A stretch of 64,000 nucleotides of DNA from an uncultured Candidatus Saccharibacteria bacterium (GTDB lineage Bacteria > Patescibacteriota > Minisyncoccia > JAHISW01 > Tagabacteraceae): NCBI GenBank assembly GCA_964601305.1, contig CAZRMW010000001.1:135450-199449 (forward strand), given 5' to 3'. Below the pieces are notes generated by a model. That model was not told where the DNA came from and searched no databases. It saw only the letters and a list, made by a program, of their open reading frames with translations. Each line of letters starts with the position of its first letter. Positions within the stretch are counted from its first letter, which is position 1. Made by a program: the position numbers and the translations under genes. Positions 19,230 through 30,667 of the stretch are shown here, piece after piece.

Positions 19230-19629
19230 ATTTTTCTTCCCATGGCACGGCAATGCCTAATGGATCATCCTCAGAGTTAAACGAATCATCAAAATCTTCT
19301 TCGCTTTCTCCCACAGCCGAAAACAAAGCTTGTCCCACTATAAACTCTCTTATTTTCTTATTGTTTTTAGAAAGTCTCGCTCTAGTTTCGCAACTTAATA
19401 ACTCGTTTAAAAATTCATCTTTCAAATTTTCTAATTGTTTTTTGGTAGAATTTTTTTTAGATTTTAAAGATACCAAAATTTTTTTTGGACTTTTGTTGTC
19501 AAAAAATATATAGGCTTTATCTAAAAACGCATAAGCTGCACCATAAAGAGCATCTACAGAATAATTTTGTAGATTAAAAACAAATTCTATCTTATCTTTT
19601 TCGATTTTTTCGCTATATTTTTTACTCAT
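19207..19629 (-). CDS. hxsD: His-Xaa-Ser system protein HxsD
   Basis: YSVDALYGAAYAFLDKAY, EFLNEL, IREFIVGQAL, DDPLGIAVPWEEKYG. Confidence 0.8.
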   Translation of the reverse strand: MSKKYSEKIEKDKIEFVFNLQNYSVDALYGAAYAFLDKAYIFFDNKSPKKILVSLKSKKNSTKKQLENLKDEFLNELLSCETRARLSKNNKKIREFIVGQALFSAVGESEEDFDDSFNSEDDPLGIAVPWEEKYGNNKIS

Positions 19630-19778
19630 TGTTAATTAAATAGCTATCTTCAAAGCATGTCTCATTAGCCTTAGTTTTTGCCAAATAAAAACCAGCATAA
19701 AAAGATAGTGCTAAAAAAACAAAAACAAAGAGATATCTAAAAAAAATCTTCATACAACCTTAGAATAACAAAAACAAA

Positions 19779-22415
19779 CTATGAGCACAAACCCCACCCA
19801 CAAGCTGGGCAAGACAAACAACCTTCTTTGAAAGAAACCTCTACTTCACAATTTGGACAGTGAGTAACTTTTTTACCAAAGTCTTTTACCTCTTCCTCCC
19901 CACCAGCTTCTCCATTTACATATGGCGCCGAAGGGTCTCTATAAACTGCTAGCCCTTCTGCTTTTTCATCTTTAATCCTTTTTAGCGATTCAAGATCAAC
20001 CTCCTCTTTCTTTTTCTTTTCTCTTTTTTTGTTTGTAGAAGAAAGAACCTGGTCTTTTATAGAGCCATCTCTGTACACTGTTGTACCCTTACATCCAAGT
20101 TCATAAGCCAACATATAAACTTTTTTCATATCGGCTATCGTTGCATCTTTTGGAAAATTAATAGTTTTTGAAATAGAAGAATCTACCCATTTCTGAAAAG
20201 ATGCCAAACTTCTAACATGATCTTCTGGTTTAATATCGTGGCTTACTACAAAAACTTTTTTTAAAGCTGGCGGAATGTAGTTTATTTTCTGAGAAGAGCC
20301 TCCATGATTTAAAACATCCGTAACCAAGCTGTCATCAAATAACTCTTCTGCGAGCATAGCTCTCTCAAAAACAGAGTCTATATAATAAAACTTTCCGACA
20401 GCCACATTTTTTTGAAACACCAAAGAATACACAGGCTCTATTCCTGAAGAACATCCTGCAATCATAGAAATAGAGCCAGTCGGAGCAATTACTGTGGTAT
20501 AGCTATTTCTAATGCCATTTTTTTTGATATCTTTTGCAAGTTTTTTCCAGTCGAGGTTCCAACTACTCTTGTTATAAAAACCAGCAAAAGGCATTTTGCC
20601 CTCTGCATAAGAACTATTCTTAAATAAGGGGAAAACTCCCCGACTTTTCGCCATATTCATAGATTCTGCCTTAGAATAATAGTTTATAAATTCTGCAATT
20701 TTTTCCATTAAATCTCTACCTTTTTTAGAATTGTAAGGAATTCTAAGCTCAAAAAGCAAATCACCAAGCCCCATTATTCCGAGACCGATTTTTCTTGTTT
20801 TTAAAGTCATTTCCTCTATCTCGGCCATAGGAAAAGCATTTATATCTATAATATTGTCTAAAAATCGCACTGCAGAACGCACAGCTTCTTCCAGTTTATC
20901 CCAGTCTATAGATTTCTTTTTTCGATTGTTTATTTTTACAAAACGCCATAAGTTTATTGAACCTAAGTTGCAAGATTCGTCTGGGTAAAGAAGTAATTCG
21001 CCGCATGGATTTGTGGTAACAATATCGCCCAACTCTTTTGCAAGAGGGTTGTGTTCGTTTATTCTGTCATGAAAAAGCACGCCAGGCTCTGCAGACTCCC
21101 ATGCCTGATAAACAATACTTTCAAACAATATTTTTGAAGAAATTGTTCCCAAAATTTTTCCGTCTCTAGGGTTTTTTAGTGGGTAAGGCTTTCCTTTTTT
21201 GTAGTAATCCCAAAAATCTCCCATCATTAGTACAGAAATATTAAAATTCTTTAACGCTTTGTTGCCATCTTTTGCTACAACAAATTTTTCAATATCTGGA
21301 TGATTGCTATTCATAATACCCATATTAGCGCCTCTGCGTATTCCCCCTTGCTTTACAACTTCTGTCATAGTATCGAAAAGCTTCATAAAACTAAGCGGAC
21401 CAGAAGATGTACCTCCAGTTTTTTTAATAAAATCTCCCTCCGGACGAAGTTTTGAAAAATTATATCCCAACCCACCGCCAGATTTAAAAATAAGAGCTGC
21501 TTTTCTTAAAGTATCCATTATAGAATCCATTGAATCGTCAATATCTAAAGCAAAACAAGCAGAGCCCATACCCAAGTAGCTACCAAAATTTGCTAGAGTT
21601 GGTGTATTTGGCATAAAACTTCTAGAAACCATTAGGTTATAAAAATTATCTATTTCTTTTTGGTGCTCATCAAACTTTCCCTTCTTTAACATAGAGACAA
21701 GTTTATCCCATTTTATTTTTATTTTCCCATTAGACTCAAGCCTTTTAAAAGTATGGTGCAAAGCTTTTATATGAAATCTATTTAAAGTGTACTCTCCTAT
21801 TTTGATCTTTCCCTCTAACACGATGGCCTTTTTGTTGCTCAAGGTAAGTTTTTCTTCGCTTGGAACAGTATCTTTTTTAACTTTCTTATAACTAACTCTT
21901 TTGTCGTACAAAATATCTGGTAAAGCAGTATGTATTGCTACTCTTAAAAAAAGTTCTCTAGGTGTTTCTTCTATCTTTCCTTCGTCGTTTTTGTTTAAAT
22001 ACCTACTTTTTAAAACCTTAAGCGCGTTTGAATCAAAAGCTTTGTCTACATCATCTATTTCCTTCTTGTTTAAAATTTCTTGTTTTTCTTTTCTAATCTC
22101 AGATCTTTTTTGCCTGTACAATATATAAGTCTTTGCAACCTTAGCAAATCCTTTATCCACCAAAGACTGTTCTACCATATCTTGAACTTCTTCAATGGTT
22201 GGCACAGCCTTTGAAAAATTTTTCTTATGCTTGGCAAAAATTTTTTCAAGCACCGATACTGTAACTTCTTCCGCAAGTTTTTTTTCAGGCTTTCCGCACA
22301 CCTCAAGTGCCTTAAAAACCGCCTCTGTAATGCGGTTTTTGTCAAAATCTTCTATTCTCCCACCTCTTTTTTTAATCTTTTTGGGAGTCTTTAATTGGGA
22401 ATTTTTTCCTCTCAT
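19779..22415 (-). CDS. nrdJ: Class II (adenosylcobalamin-dependent) ribonucleotide reductase with ATP cone and C-terminal Zn ribbon
   Basis: KKRGGRIEDFD ATP cone, PNTPTL, SACF, RRGANM, TNPCGE, APTGSIS, CPNC...CPACG; no nrdB nearby. Confidence 0.85.
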   Translation of the reverse strand: MRGKNSQLKTPKKIKKRGGRIEDFDKNRITEAVFKALEVCGKPEKKLAEEVTVSVLEKIFAKHKKNFSKAVPTIEEVQDMVEQSLVDKGFAKVAKTYILYRQKRSEIRKEKQEILNKKEIDDVDKAFDSNALKVLKSRYLNKNDEGKIEETPRELFLRVAIHTALPDILYDKRVSYKKVKKDTVPSEEKLTLSNKKAIVLEGKIKIGEYTLNRFHIKALHHTFKRLESNGKIKIKWDKLVSMLKKGKFDEHQKEIDNFYNLMVSRSFMPNTPTLANFGSYLGMGSACFALDIDDSMDSIMDTLRKAALIFKSGGGLGYNFSKLRPEGDFIKKTGGTSSGPLSFMKLFDTMTEVVKQGGIRRGANMGIMNSNHPDIEKFVVAKDGNKALKNFNISVLMMGDFWDYYKKGKPYPLKNPRDGKILGTISSKILFESIVYQAWESAEPGVLFHDRINEHNPLAKELGDIVTTNPCGELLLYPDESCNLGSINLWRFVKINNRKKKSIDWDKLEEAVRSAVRFLDNIIDINAFPMAEIEEMTLKTRKIGLGIMGLGDLLFELRIPYNSKKGRDLMEKIAEFINYYSKAESMNMAKSRGVFPLFKNSSYAEGKMPFAGFYNKSSWNLDWKKLAKDIKKNGIRNSYTTVIAPTGSISMIAGCSSGIEPVYSLVFQKNVAVGKFYYIDSVFERAMLAEELFDDSLVTDVLNHGGSSQKINYIPPALKKVFVVSHDIKPEDHVRSLASFQKWVDSSISKTINFPKDATIADMKKVYMLAYELGCKGTTVYRDGSIKDQVLSSTNKKREKKKKEEVDLESLKRIKDEKAEGLAVYRDPSAPYVNGEAGGEEEVKDFGKKVTHCPNCEVEVSFKEGCLSCPACGWGLCS

Positions 22416-22453
22416 TCTTCTATTGTACCTCTAAAATTTCCAAACACCAAAAC

Positions 22454-22462
22454 TGTGGATAA
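22454..22462. promoter_or_regulatory. Perfect DnaA-box match upstream of the RNR gene
   Basis: TGTGGATAA (reverse complement TTATCCACA); single copy only. Confidence 0.3.
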
Positions 22463-22500
22463 CCCAGTCATCCGACCGGATAAACAATATTTTTTGCACC

Positions 22501-22526
22501 AAAAAAACCGCCTTCGCAGGCGGTTT
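22501..22526 (-). terminator. Intrinsic terminator
   Basis: AAACCGCC-TTCGCA-GGCGGTTT with an A-tract on the plus strand. Confidence 0.6.
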
Positions 22527-22550
22527 CTATATCGCAAATTTTAAGAGAAA

Positions 22551-22847
22551 TTATTTCTTACTTAAGCACCCTCCATCACAGGCGCATTTATGTTCAGGTT
22601 TGTCTGCCACGAAGTTTATCAGTTTTTTCAAAATATTTGATCTCATCATCATTGCTGGATAGGTTTCCTTTTCGATCCACCTTTCTACACTATCTGTGGG
22701 TACCCCAATCTCCCGAGCCACAGTCTCTGTGTCCAAATCGTAAAGATAAATAAGTGTTTTAAAAAAATCACAAAAATAATCATCTCCTAACTTTTTTGCA
22801 TCCTTAATTTCTTCCGGCAAAATAGCCCCCCATTCCTTTTTTCCCAT
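22551..22847 (-). CDS. Small HTH-like hypothetical protein
   Basis: ETVAREIGVPTDSVERW...P resembles an XRE helix-turn-helix. Confidence 0.5.
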   Translation of the reverse strand: MGKKEWGAILPEEIKDAKKLGDDYFCDFFKTLIYLYDLDTETVAREIGVPTDSVERWIEKETYPAMMMRSNILKKLINFVADKPEHKCACDGGCLSKK

Positions 22848-23063
22848 TTCTCCTCCCTTGCCCGCCTGCTTGTGTAATTTGCGGCGAGTCCTTTTTTGTT
22901 AAAAACCAGTCTTTTGCCTCAATTTTGTCTACCAAAAAGATATCACCTCAACTTGGCACTGTCAAATAAAAACCTAATACATCCTTGGCGATAGCGTGAT
23001 ATATATTAGGTTTTGATTTTGAAGGTATTGAGATAGCAACTAAGTTAATATACTCTAATTAAT

Positions 23064-24335
23064 ATGAAAACAAAGAAAAAAACTATCCCAAAACAAGATA
23101 AACCCGAACTTCTTGCGCCTGTGCAAGACTACATTTCCTTAAAAACAGCTGTAGACAGTGGTGCAGACGCTGTGTATTTTGGCATCCGCGGGTTTAATAT
23201 GCGCGCTGGCGCCAAAAATTTCACCACACTAGATTTGCCTAAAATTTCTAAAATTGCGCACAGTAAAGGTGTTCGTGTTTTTTTAGCGATAAATACAATA
23301 ATTTATGAAGAAGAACTAAAAAATGTAGAAAAAATCTTAGAAAAAGCCAAGAAAGCAAAGATAGATGCCATTATTTGTTGGGATATGGCTGTAATGAAAA
23401 TAGCAAAAAAATTAGACTTTGAAATTCACTTAAGCACGCAGGCTAGTGTAGCCAATTCCGAGGCAGCAGAATTTTACCGCAAAGCTGGAGCAAATAGAAT
23501 TATTTTGGCGCGCGAATGTAGCCTTGAGCAAATTAAAAAAATAAAGAAAGCTTGTCCAAAAATAGAGATAGAAATATTTATTCACGGAGCTATGTGTGTG
23601 TCTGTTTCTGGCCGGTGTTTTATCTCTCAATTTTTACATAATAAATCTGCAAATCGCGGAGAGTGTCTCCAACCTTGCAGACGAAAATATTTAATTAAAC
23701 AAGTTAGCAATGGAGATGGAAAAAATACAGAGCTAGAAATAGCAGAAAGCTATGTGCTAAGCCCAAAAGATTTGTGTACAATAGATTTTTTTGAAAAATT
23801 AATGGATGTTGGCGTAGATTGCTTCAAAATAGAGGGTAGAAACAGAAGTCCAGAATATGTCGCCACCACCACAAAAGCATACAGAACTCTCATAGATTTT
23901 CTATCTGTTGGAAGTCGGACCTCCAACCGAAGCAAAGATGGACTAAATAAACTAAAAACGAAACTCAAAAACGATGTTAAAAAAGTATACAATCGTAAGT
24001 TTGGAAGTGGGTTTTTTCTAGGTAAACCAATCAGTGAGTGGACAAACTCCTACGGAAGCCAAGCTACAGAGAAAAAAATTCATATTGGTATTGTGTCTCA
24101 CTATTACAAAAAAATCGGGGTAGCAGAAATTTTAATTCAAGCAAATAAAAGTATAAAAATTGGTGACACCTTAATTTTTCAAGGCCCAACGACAGGAAGC
24201 CACAAACAAAAAATAGAATCTATGGAAATAGACCACAAGCCAATTAAAAAAGCCCTTCAGGGAGACAAAGTTGCAATAAAATTAAGAAAAATTGTTCACA
24301 AAAACGACCAGGTGTATATAATAAAGAAGGTTTAG
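23064..24335 (+). CDS. Peptidase U32 family protein (RNA hydroxylation TrhP/RlhA-like)
   Basis: PELLAP, GADAVY, HLSTQ, ARE, HGAMCVSVSGRC, NRGECLQPCR, KIEGR. Confidence 0.9.
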   Translation: MKTKKKTIPKQDKPELLAPVQDYISLKTAVDSGADAVYFGIRGFNMRAGAKNFTTLDLPKISKIAHSKGVRVFLAINTIIYEEELKNVEKILEKAKKAKIDAIICWDMAVMKIAKKLDFEIHLSTQASVANSEAAEFYRKAGANRIILARECSLEQIKKIKKACPKIEIEIFIHGAMCVSVSGRCFISQFLHNKSANRGECLQPCRRKYLIKQVSNGDGKNTELEIAESYVLSPKDLCTIDFFEKLMDVGVDCFKIEGRNRSPEYVATTTKAYRTLIDFLSVGSRTSNRSKDGLNKLKTKLKNDVKKVYNRKFGSGFFLGKPISEWTNSYGSQATEKKIHIGIVSHYYKKIGVAEILIQANKSIKIGDTLIFQGPTTGSHKQKIESMEIDHKPIKKALQGDKVAIKLRKIVHKNDQVYIIKKV

Positions 24336-24346
24336 ATAATTTACAT

Positions 24347-24437
24347 GGTGAGGTGTCCGAGTGGTTTAAGGAGCACGCTTGGAAAGCGTGTGTGCGTTCA
24401 TTGCGTACCGCGGGTTCGAATCCCGCCCTCACCGCCA
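24347..24437 (+). tRNA. tRNA-Ser(GGA)
   Basis: Cloverleaf with long variable arm, CACGC-TTGGAAA-GCGTG, GGTTCGAATCC, 3' GCCA. Confidence 0.95.
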
Positions 24438-24517
24438 ATCAAAAGGTTCCCTGCCCGCAGTCGCTAAAGCGACAGTTTTTGCAGGCGGGAAATCCTGTCT
24501 CCTCCGCATTGTAAAAA

Positions 24518-24871
24518 TTAGGCGGCTTTTTTAGTAGCAGTATCTCCTTCTTGAATTTTTAGAGACAAAAATTCATAAAACATAAAACGCGGGTCTTCTT
24601 CCAACTCTCCCTCCTCTTCGTCAAAACTTCCTATTATCTCTAGCCTATATTTACTTAAAATACCCACCATTTCACCAAAAGACAGGTCTCCTTCATCAAA
24701 CTCTTTATATTTTTTAAAAACAACAAGATCATCATCTCCAAACTCCTCTATATCTACATCATCAGCTACCTCTTCAGACAAAAACTCTTGCAACTCGTCT
24801 CTTAAAAGCACTGCTTCATTATCTTCTAAAATTTCCTCTTCGTTATCAATTGGTACACCTTCAAAAGTCAT
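24518..24871 (-). CDS. Acidic hypothetical protein
   Basis: 117-aa ORF filling the intergenic space. Confidence 0.6.
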   Translation of the reverse strand: MTFEGVPIDNEEEILEDNEAVLLRDELQEFLSEEVADDVDIEEFGDDDLVVFKKYKEFDEGDLSFGEMVGILSKYRLEIIGSFDEEEGELEEDPRFMFYEFLSLKIQEGDTATKKAA

Positions 24872-24898
24872 AAAAATTTATTAATAATTTTAATAAAT

Positions 24899-25813
24899 TT
24901 ATTTTAATTTAATTCCCCTTAGTTTTGCAACCCTGTTTTCCACAGGTGGATGAGTAGCAAACAGTCCTGCGATATTTCTTCGAGCTTGCCCGCTGAAGCC
25001 TAGGCGAAGGCGGGGATCAGATACCCACAAATGATTCGTAGCTTTATTGGCCACCTTCAGCGGTGTTGTATCTTTACTAATTTTAATTAGCGCTTGTGCC
25101 AGCCCCTCTGGATATCTAGTTAAAAATGCTCCTGAAGTGTCTGCTAAATATTCTCTTTTTCTAGATATTGCTAATTGAATAAGTGTGGTAGCTATTGGTG
25201 CCAAAATCGCCAAAGCAATCCCAACAACAAGTAAAATTGCCCCCACCCTACCACCGTCGTCTCTATCCCTAAAACTCCCCCAAAAAAGAGACCTCATAAA
25301 AAAATCAGAGAGGAGTGCCACAAACCCCACAAGCACAACCACAACAGTAGAAATAAGCATATCTCTGTTGCCCACATGCGCAAGTTCATGCGCGAGCACT
25401 CCCTCAAGCTCTGTTCTGTTTAGTTTATTCAACAAGCCTGTAGTTACAGCCACCACCGCATGCTCTGGATCTCTTCCGGTAGCAAAAGCATTTGGAGCTT
25501 GCTCGTCTACCAAATAAAGTTTTGGCATTGGAAGCCCCGCGGTAATACTTAAATTTTCTAAAATATTATAAAGCTCTCTGTGAGTTTCTCTTTTTATTTC
25601 TTTAGCTTTGCTAATTTTTAATACAATTTTGTCGCTATACCAATAGCTAAAAAAACTCATAAAAAAACTAAGGCCCACGGCAAAAACCAAAATCACAGAA
25701 TTGCCATAAATTTGAGAAAACACCCAACCAATACCAATTACAACCACAAAAAACAATGTAAACAACATCCACGTCCTTCGTATATTAGATTCCTTTTGAG
25801 TATATAAATTCAT
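24899..25813 (-). CDS. htpX: HtpX-family M48 zinc metalloprotease
   Basis: PNAFATG, HELAH, SRKREYLAD, THPP. Confidence 0.92.
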   Translation of the reverse strand: MNLYTQKESNIRRTWMLFTLFFVVVIGIGWVFSQIYGNSVILVFAVGLSFFMSFFSYWYSDKIVLKISKAKEIKRETHRELYNILENLSITAGLPMPKLYLVDEQAPNAFATGRDPEHAVVAVTTGLLNKLNRTELEGVLAHELAHVGNRDMLISTVVVVLVGFVALLSDFFMRSLFWGSFRDRDDGGRVGAILLVVGIALAILAPIATTLIQLAISRKREYLADTSGAFLTRYPEGLAQALIKISKDTTPLKVANKATNHLWVSDPRLRLGFSGQARRNIAGLFATHPPVENRVAKLRGIKLK

Positions 25814-25815
25814 TT

Positions 25816-26376
25816 TTAGAAACTAACTTTTACTGGTTCTTTTTCAGTGTCGTTTATGGTTTCAAAAAATTTCATTTTTGAAAATCCAAACACACCAGCA
25901 ACAAGTATTGTTGGAAAAGTTTCTACTTTTATGTTTAAGTCGCGAATATTTGTATTGTAAAACCTTCGTGATGCTTGAATTTTATTTTCTGTATCTGCAA
26001 GCTCACGTTGAAGGTCTAAAAAATTTGCATTTGCTTTTAAGTCTGGATAATTTTCAGAAACCGCAAACAAAGTTTTTAGAGTTTGTGAAAGCATATTTTC
26101 TTTTTCTGCCTTCTCTACTGCGTCGCCCGATGCATTCATAACTTCTGTTCGAGCCTTGGTAACACTATCTAGTGTCTCTTTCTCGTGGCTAGCATAACCT
26201 TTTACAGTTTCAATAAGGTTTGGAATAAGATCGTACCTTCTTTTTGTTTGCACATCTATATCACTGAGAGCTTCTTTTGTTCTTGTTCTTAAAACAACCA
26301 ATCTGTTAAAAGTAAAAATAAGCCACAAGGCAACAACCCCTAAAACTGATAAAACTATAATTAAAGTAGTACTCAT
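25816..26376 (-). CDS. lemA: LemA family protein
   Basis: RRYDLIPNL, ENYPDLKAN, RRFYN; adjacent to htpX. Confidence 0.92.
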   Translation of the reverse strand: MSTTLIIVLSVLGVVALWLIFTFNRLVVLRTRTKEALSDIDVQTKRRYDLIPNLIETVKGYASHEKETLDSVTKARTEVMNASGDAVEKAEKENMLSQTLKTLFAVSENYPDLKANANFLDLQRELADTENKIQASRRFYNTNIRDLNIKVETFPTILVAGVFGFSKMKFFETINDTEKEPVKVSF

Positions 26377-26421
26377 AGAAAATTGTGTCCCACCTGAGGC
26401 GGATAAGTTAATTATTAATAA

Positions 26422-26718
26422 TTAAGCTGTTTGAGCTTGTAAAGATCTTAATTGCTTTTCAAAGCTATCTTGTCTTTCGCTTATTTTTTCTATTTGTTTA
26501 TTTAAAGCAATAATATCTTCGTTTTCTGTTTTTGTGATTCTATCAACTTTTTCTTTTAACATTTCTATATCTCGTTCGATAGAGGTTAGCCTATCTGATA
26601 TAGAATCTAATCTCAAAAAAATTGGTTCTAGCTTTTCGTCCAACTTTTGGCCTAGCTTTTCATCTAAACTAATCTCAACAACTTCTTTTATTAACTTTAA
26701 GTCTTCTTTTTCTAACAT
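26422..26718 (-). CDS. Coiled-coil hypothetical protein
   Basis: Heptad pattern; start reassigned to MLEKED. Confidence 0.55.
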   Translation of the reverse strand: MLEKEDLKLIKEVVEISLDEKLGQKLDEKLEPIFLRLDSISDRLTSIERDIEMLKEKVDRITKTENEDIIALNKQIEKISERQDSFEKQLRSLQAQTA

Positions 26719-26830
26719 GTGTTTATTATAATCAAAAGCACAAAATTGTACAACAAACATATATATCAAAACAAAATTCATGACACCAAAACAGAAAAGC
26801 CCATAAAGGGCTTTTTTAGTCTATTTATCT

Positions 26831-27277
26831 TTATCTTTTCAAGGCTCCTGATCTGATATGACCAGAATAAAGTCTTCCTTTGGGAACTAAATAATTTCCA
26901 GGAATGTGTTTTTTTATAGTACCTAAATATTCCTCTGTGCTAACTTCTTTCCATTTCCCATCTTTTATTATAAATAACTGACCAAATTTAGTTTTTCCAT
27001 TCATTAATTGACCATCGTCAAAAATTACATATTGAACGATCTGCACATCAATTCCAACAAACTCAATGCGGACAGCATATTCCTTTCTCTTGATTATTCT
27101 ATCCTCGCTTATATAAATAATAGCCTTGATTTTTGGTGGATCAGACAAAGCGTCCTCGCGCTCAACCACATTTTCAAATTTCGAAAAATCTATCGCCTCA
27201 ACCTCGGCGCCACACTCACAAGCAACAAAAAACAAACAGAAAAAAACTAAACCAAAAAACAATGTGTGTTTTCTCAC
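26831..27277 (-). CDS. Secreted hypothetical protein
   Basis: Signal peptide, AAGGAG SD, downstream hairpin AAAAGCCC/GGGCTTTT. Confidence 0.6.
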   Translation of the reverse strand: MRKHTLFFGLVFFCLFFVACECGAEVEAIDFSKFENVVEREDALSDPPKIKAIIYISEDRIIKRKEYAVRIEFVGIDVQIVQYVIFDDGQLMNGKTKFGQLFIIKDGKWKEVSTEEYLGTIKKHIPGNYLVPKGRLYSGHIRSGALKR

Positions 27278-27333
27278 TTTAATTCTCCTTCTTGCCCCGC
27301 TCGGCGGGGTTTGTTAAGGTTCAAGCCTAATTT

Positions 27334-29079
<1,746 letters not shown>

Positions 29080-29233
29080 TCATCACCCCGCCCTCTTATA
29101 TTTTTTCTTTATTTGTTAATCATTGTTATTGTTAATACTTCTTTTCTTTGTTTATAACCCCATGATTCTTGTGTATGAGGGCGGGGTAAAGGTTTGCCTA
29201 CGAAATTTTAAATAAAATTTCGGGCAATTCGCT

Positions 29234-29548
29234 TTATTCAATTACTGCTAATATGTTACTTTCACTTATTATAAAATATTCTTTGTCGTCGACTTTTATT
29301 TTTTCAGAACTATACTCTGAAAAAACCACGAGCTGATCTTTTTTGATGTTCATTGGAATTTTTTTACCATCTTCAGAGATTCTCCCCGGACCTACAGCTA
29401 CCACATGGCCTCTGTCTACTTTCTTCTCGCCCCTCACCGTGTCTGGAATGATTATTCCAGTTTTTGTTTTTTTAGTTCTTTCCTCTTCTGAAAGCGGTTC
29501 TATTAAAACTCTATCTGCAAGAGGTGTGATTTTTGTTTGTTTTGGCAT
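29234..29548 (-). CDS. groS: Co-chaperonin GroES
   Basis: PLADRVL, GIIIPDT, VVAVGPG; start reassigned to MPKQTK. Confidence 0.95.
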   Translation of the reverse strand: MPKQTKITPLADRVLIEPLSEEERTKKTKTGIIIPDTVRGEKKVDRGHVVAVGPGRISEDGKKIPMNIKKDQLVVFSEYSSEKIKVDDKEYFIISESNILAVIE

Positions 29549-29593
29549 AATATTTTTATTAAAAAGTGTTATTTTATAAAGGTATTCTAACAA

Positions 29594-29645
29594 AAAACCC
29601 CCGTGTGTCAACCCCGCCTAACGGGGTGAAGAACACGGGGGTTTT
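29594..29645. terminator. Terminator-like hairpin with a nested GC palindrome in its loop
   Basis: AAACCCCCGTGT...ACACGGGGGTTT enclosing ACCCCG-CCTAA-CGGGGT. Confidence 0.55.
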
Positions 29646-29652
29646 GTATTAT

Positions 29653-30159
29653 TTAAAATTCTGGAAAAATCACAATATCTTTATTTAATGAATTCCCAAG
29701 CCTAGCTTCAATATAATTTTTAAGAAGATTCATTTCACTAAGAGTATTCTTGTTCATTGTCTTTCGACAACATTTAGTTAAAATTGTTACAAAAATCCAT
29801 TCAATTTCTTCTTTTTTGATATCTTTTCTTAATAAATAAGCTGGTATTAAAGGGTATTTTTTAATATGCTTAACAAGTTCTGTCATTCTTGATTTTTCTT
29901 GAAGATGAACAACCCCTCTCCCATTCGTTTGTGGAAAAAATTCAAGAAAAAGATCTATGCCGGTTTTATCCTTTTCTCCGTGCATTTTTGAAAAAAAATA
30001 AGACATTAACCATCTTTTCTCAATAAATTCATCAAGAGTAGTGTTTCTTAAGCTTCTTACAGCAAGAGTTTCTTCAGAAGGTTTTTGTATCTTTTTACTA
30101 GACCTCTTTTTCTTTCTAGGAACGACCTTATGATACGCCCGCCTTAGTGATTCGGACAA
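29653..30159 (-). CDS. Hypothetical protein, possible PD-(D/E)xK-like fold
   Basis: TTG start with GAGGAGG SD; D-x2-GID...LQEKS motif. Confidence 0.55.
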   Translation of the reverse strand: MSESLRRAYHKVVPRKKKRSSKKIQKPSEETLAVRSLRNTTLDEFIEKRWLMSYFFSKMHGEKDKTGIDLFLEFFPQTNGRGVVHLQEKSRMTELVKHIKKYPLIPAYLLRKDIKKEEIEWIFVTILTKCCRKTMNKNTLSEMNLLKNYIEARLGNSLNKDIVIFPEF

Positions 30160-30263
30160 AATTGCCTCCTCTTGTTTTGATTGTCAACTTGTCCCGCTCG
30201 GCGGGATTTATAGATTTATATTTAAAGTACAATTATTTCTACAATAAATCAAGGACAGCAAAT

Positions 30264-30294
30264 AAAAAAACGGGGTAGCACATAGTACTACCCC
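30264..30294 (-). terminator. Intrinsic terminator downstream of the ncRNA candidate
   Basis: GGGGTAG-TACTATGTG-CTACCCC followed by GTTTTTTT. Confidence 0.7.
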
Positions 30295-30307
30295 ATACAA
30301 CAAAGAA

Positions 30308-30643
30308 CATTAACTTAGATTTTAGCCTTAGGTGAGTTGGTTACAGATACTTTGTACCCTAGAGTACATTTCTCCTTAGCCTAACGGTAAGACCGTCGAT
30401 TGAATTACCGCTCTGAACATCACCCAGATTCCTACCTTTTTCAAGATAGTACTTGGAATATTCGTCCAGGAAGATTTAGGTCACCCTAAATTTTGTAACT
30501 CCCCGAGAGATCTGCTAATCTCTCCAACGAATCTCCGCAACCCTCCACAAGCAACGCTAGCAGGCTTTAACGCACGTGAAGTTTGGGCTATTCCGGGTAT
30601 ACCGGTTACCGGAATCACTCTTTGTTTTCTTGCTAAGTTAATG
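30308..30643 (-). ncRNA. Putative large structured non-coding RNA (unassigned)
   Basis: No long ORF, raised GC, 11-bp closing stem CATTAACTTAG/CTAAGTTAATG, many internal hairpins, flanked by promoter and terminator. Confidence 0.6.
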
Positions 30644-30667
30644 ACCTTTTTTAACTGTTCTTAATAC

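Noticed and set aside
19779-22415. Intein or intron in the RNR (and in recA)
   Set aside because: No C/S...HN splice motifs or frame breaks; catalytic motifs are contiguous
24244-24438. 64-aa minus-strand ORF
   Set aside because: Antisense to tRNA-Ser and the U32 3' end
29549-29652. CIRCE element upstream of groES
   Set aside because: No TTAGCACTC-N9-GAGTGCTAA found
30308-30643. RNase P RNA, tmRNA or group I intron
   Set aside because: No GAGGAAAGUCC or ACAGAA..CGGCUUA, no tRNA-like ends, no matching R/S pair and no host gene; left unassigned
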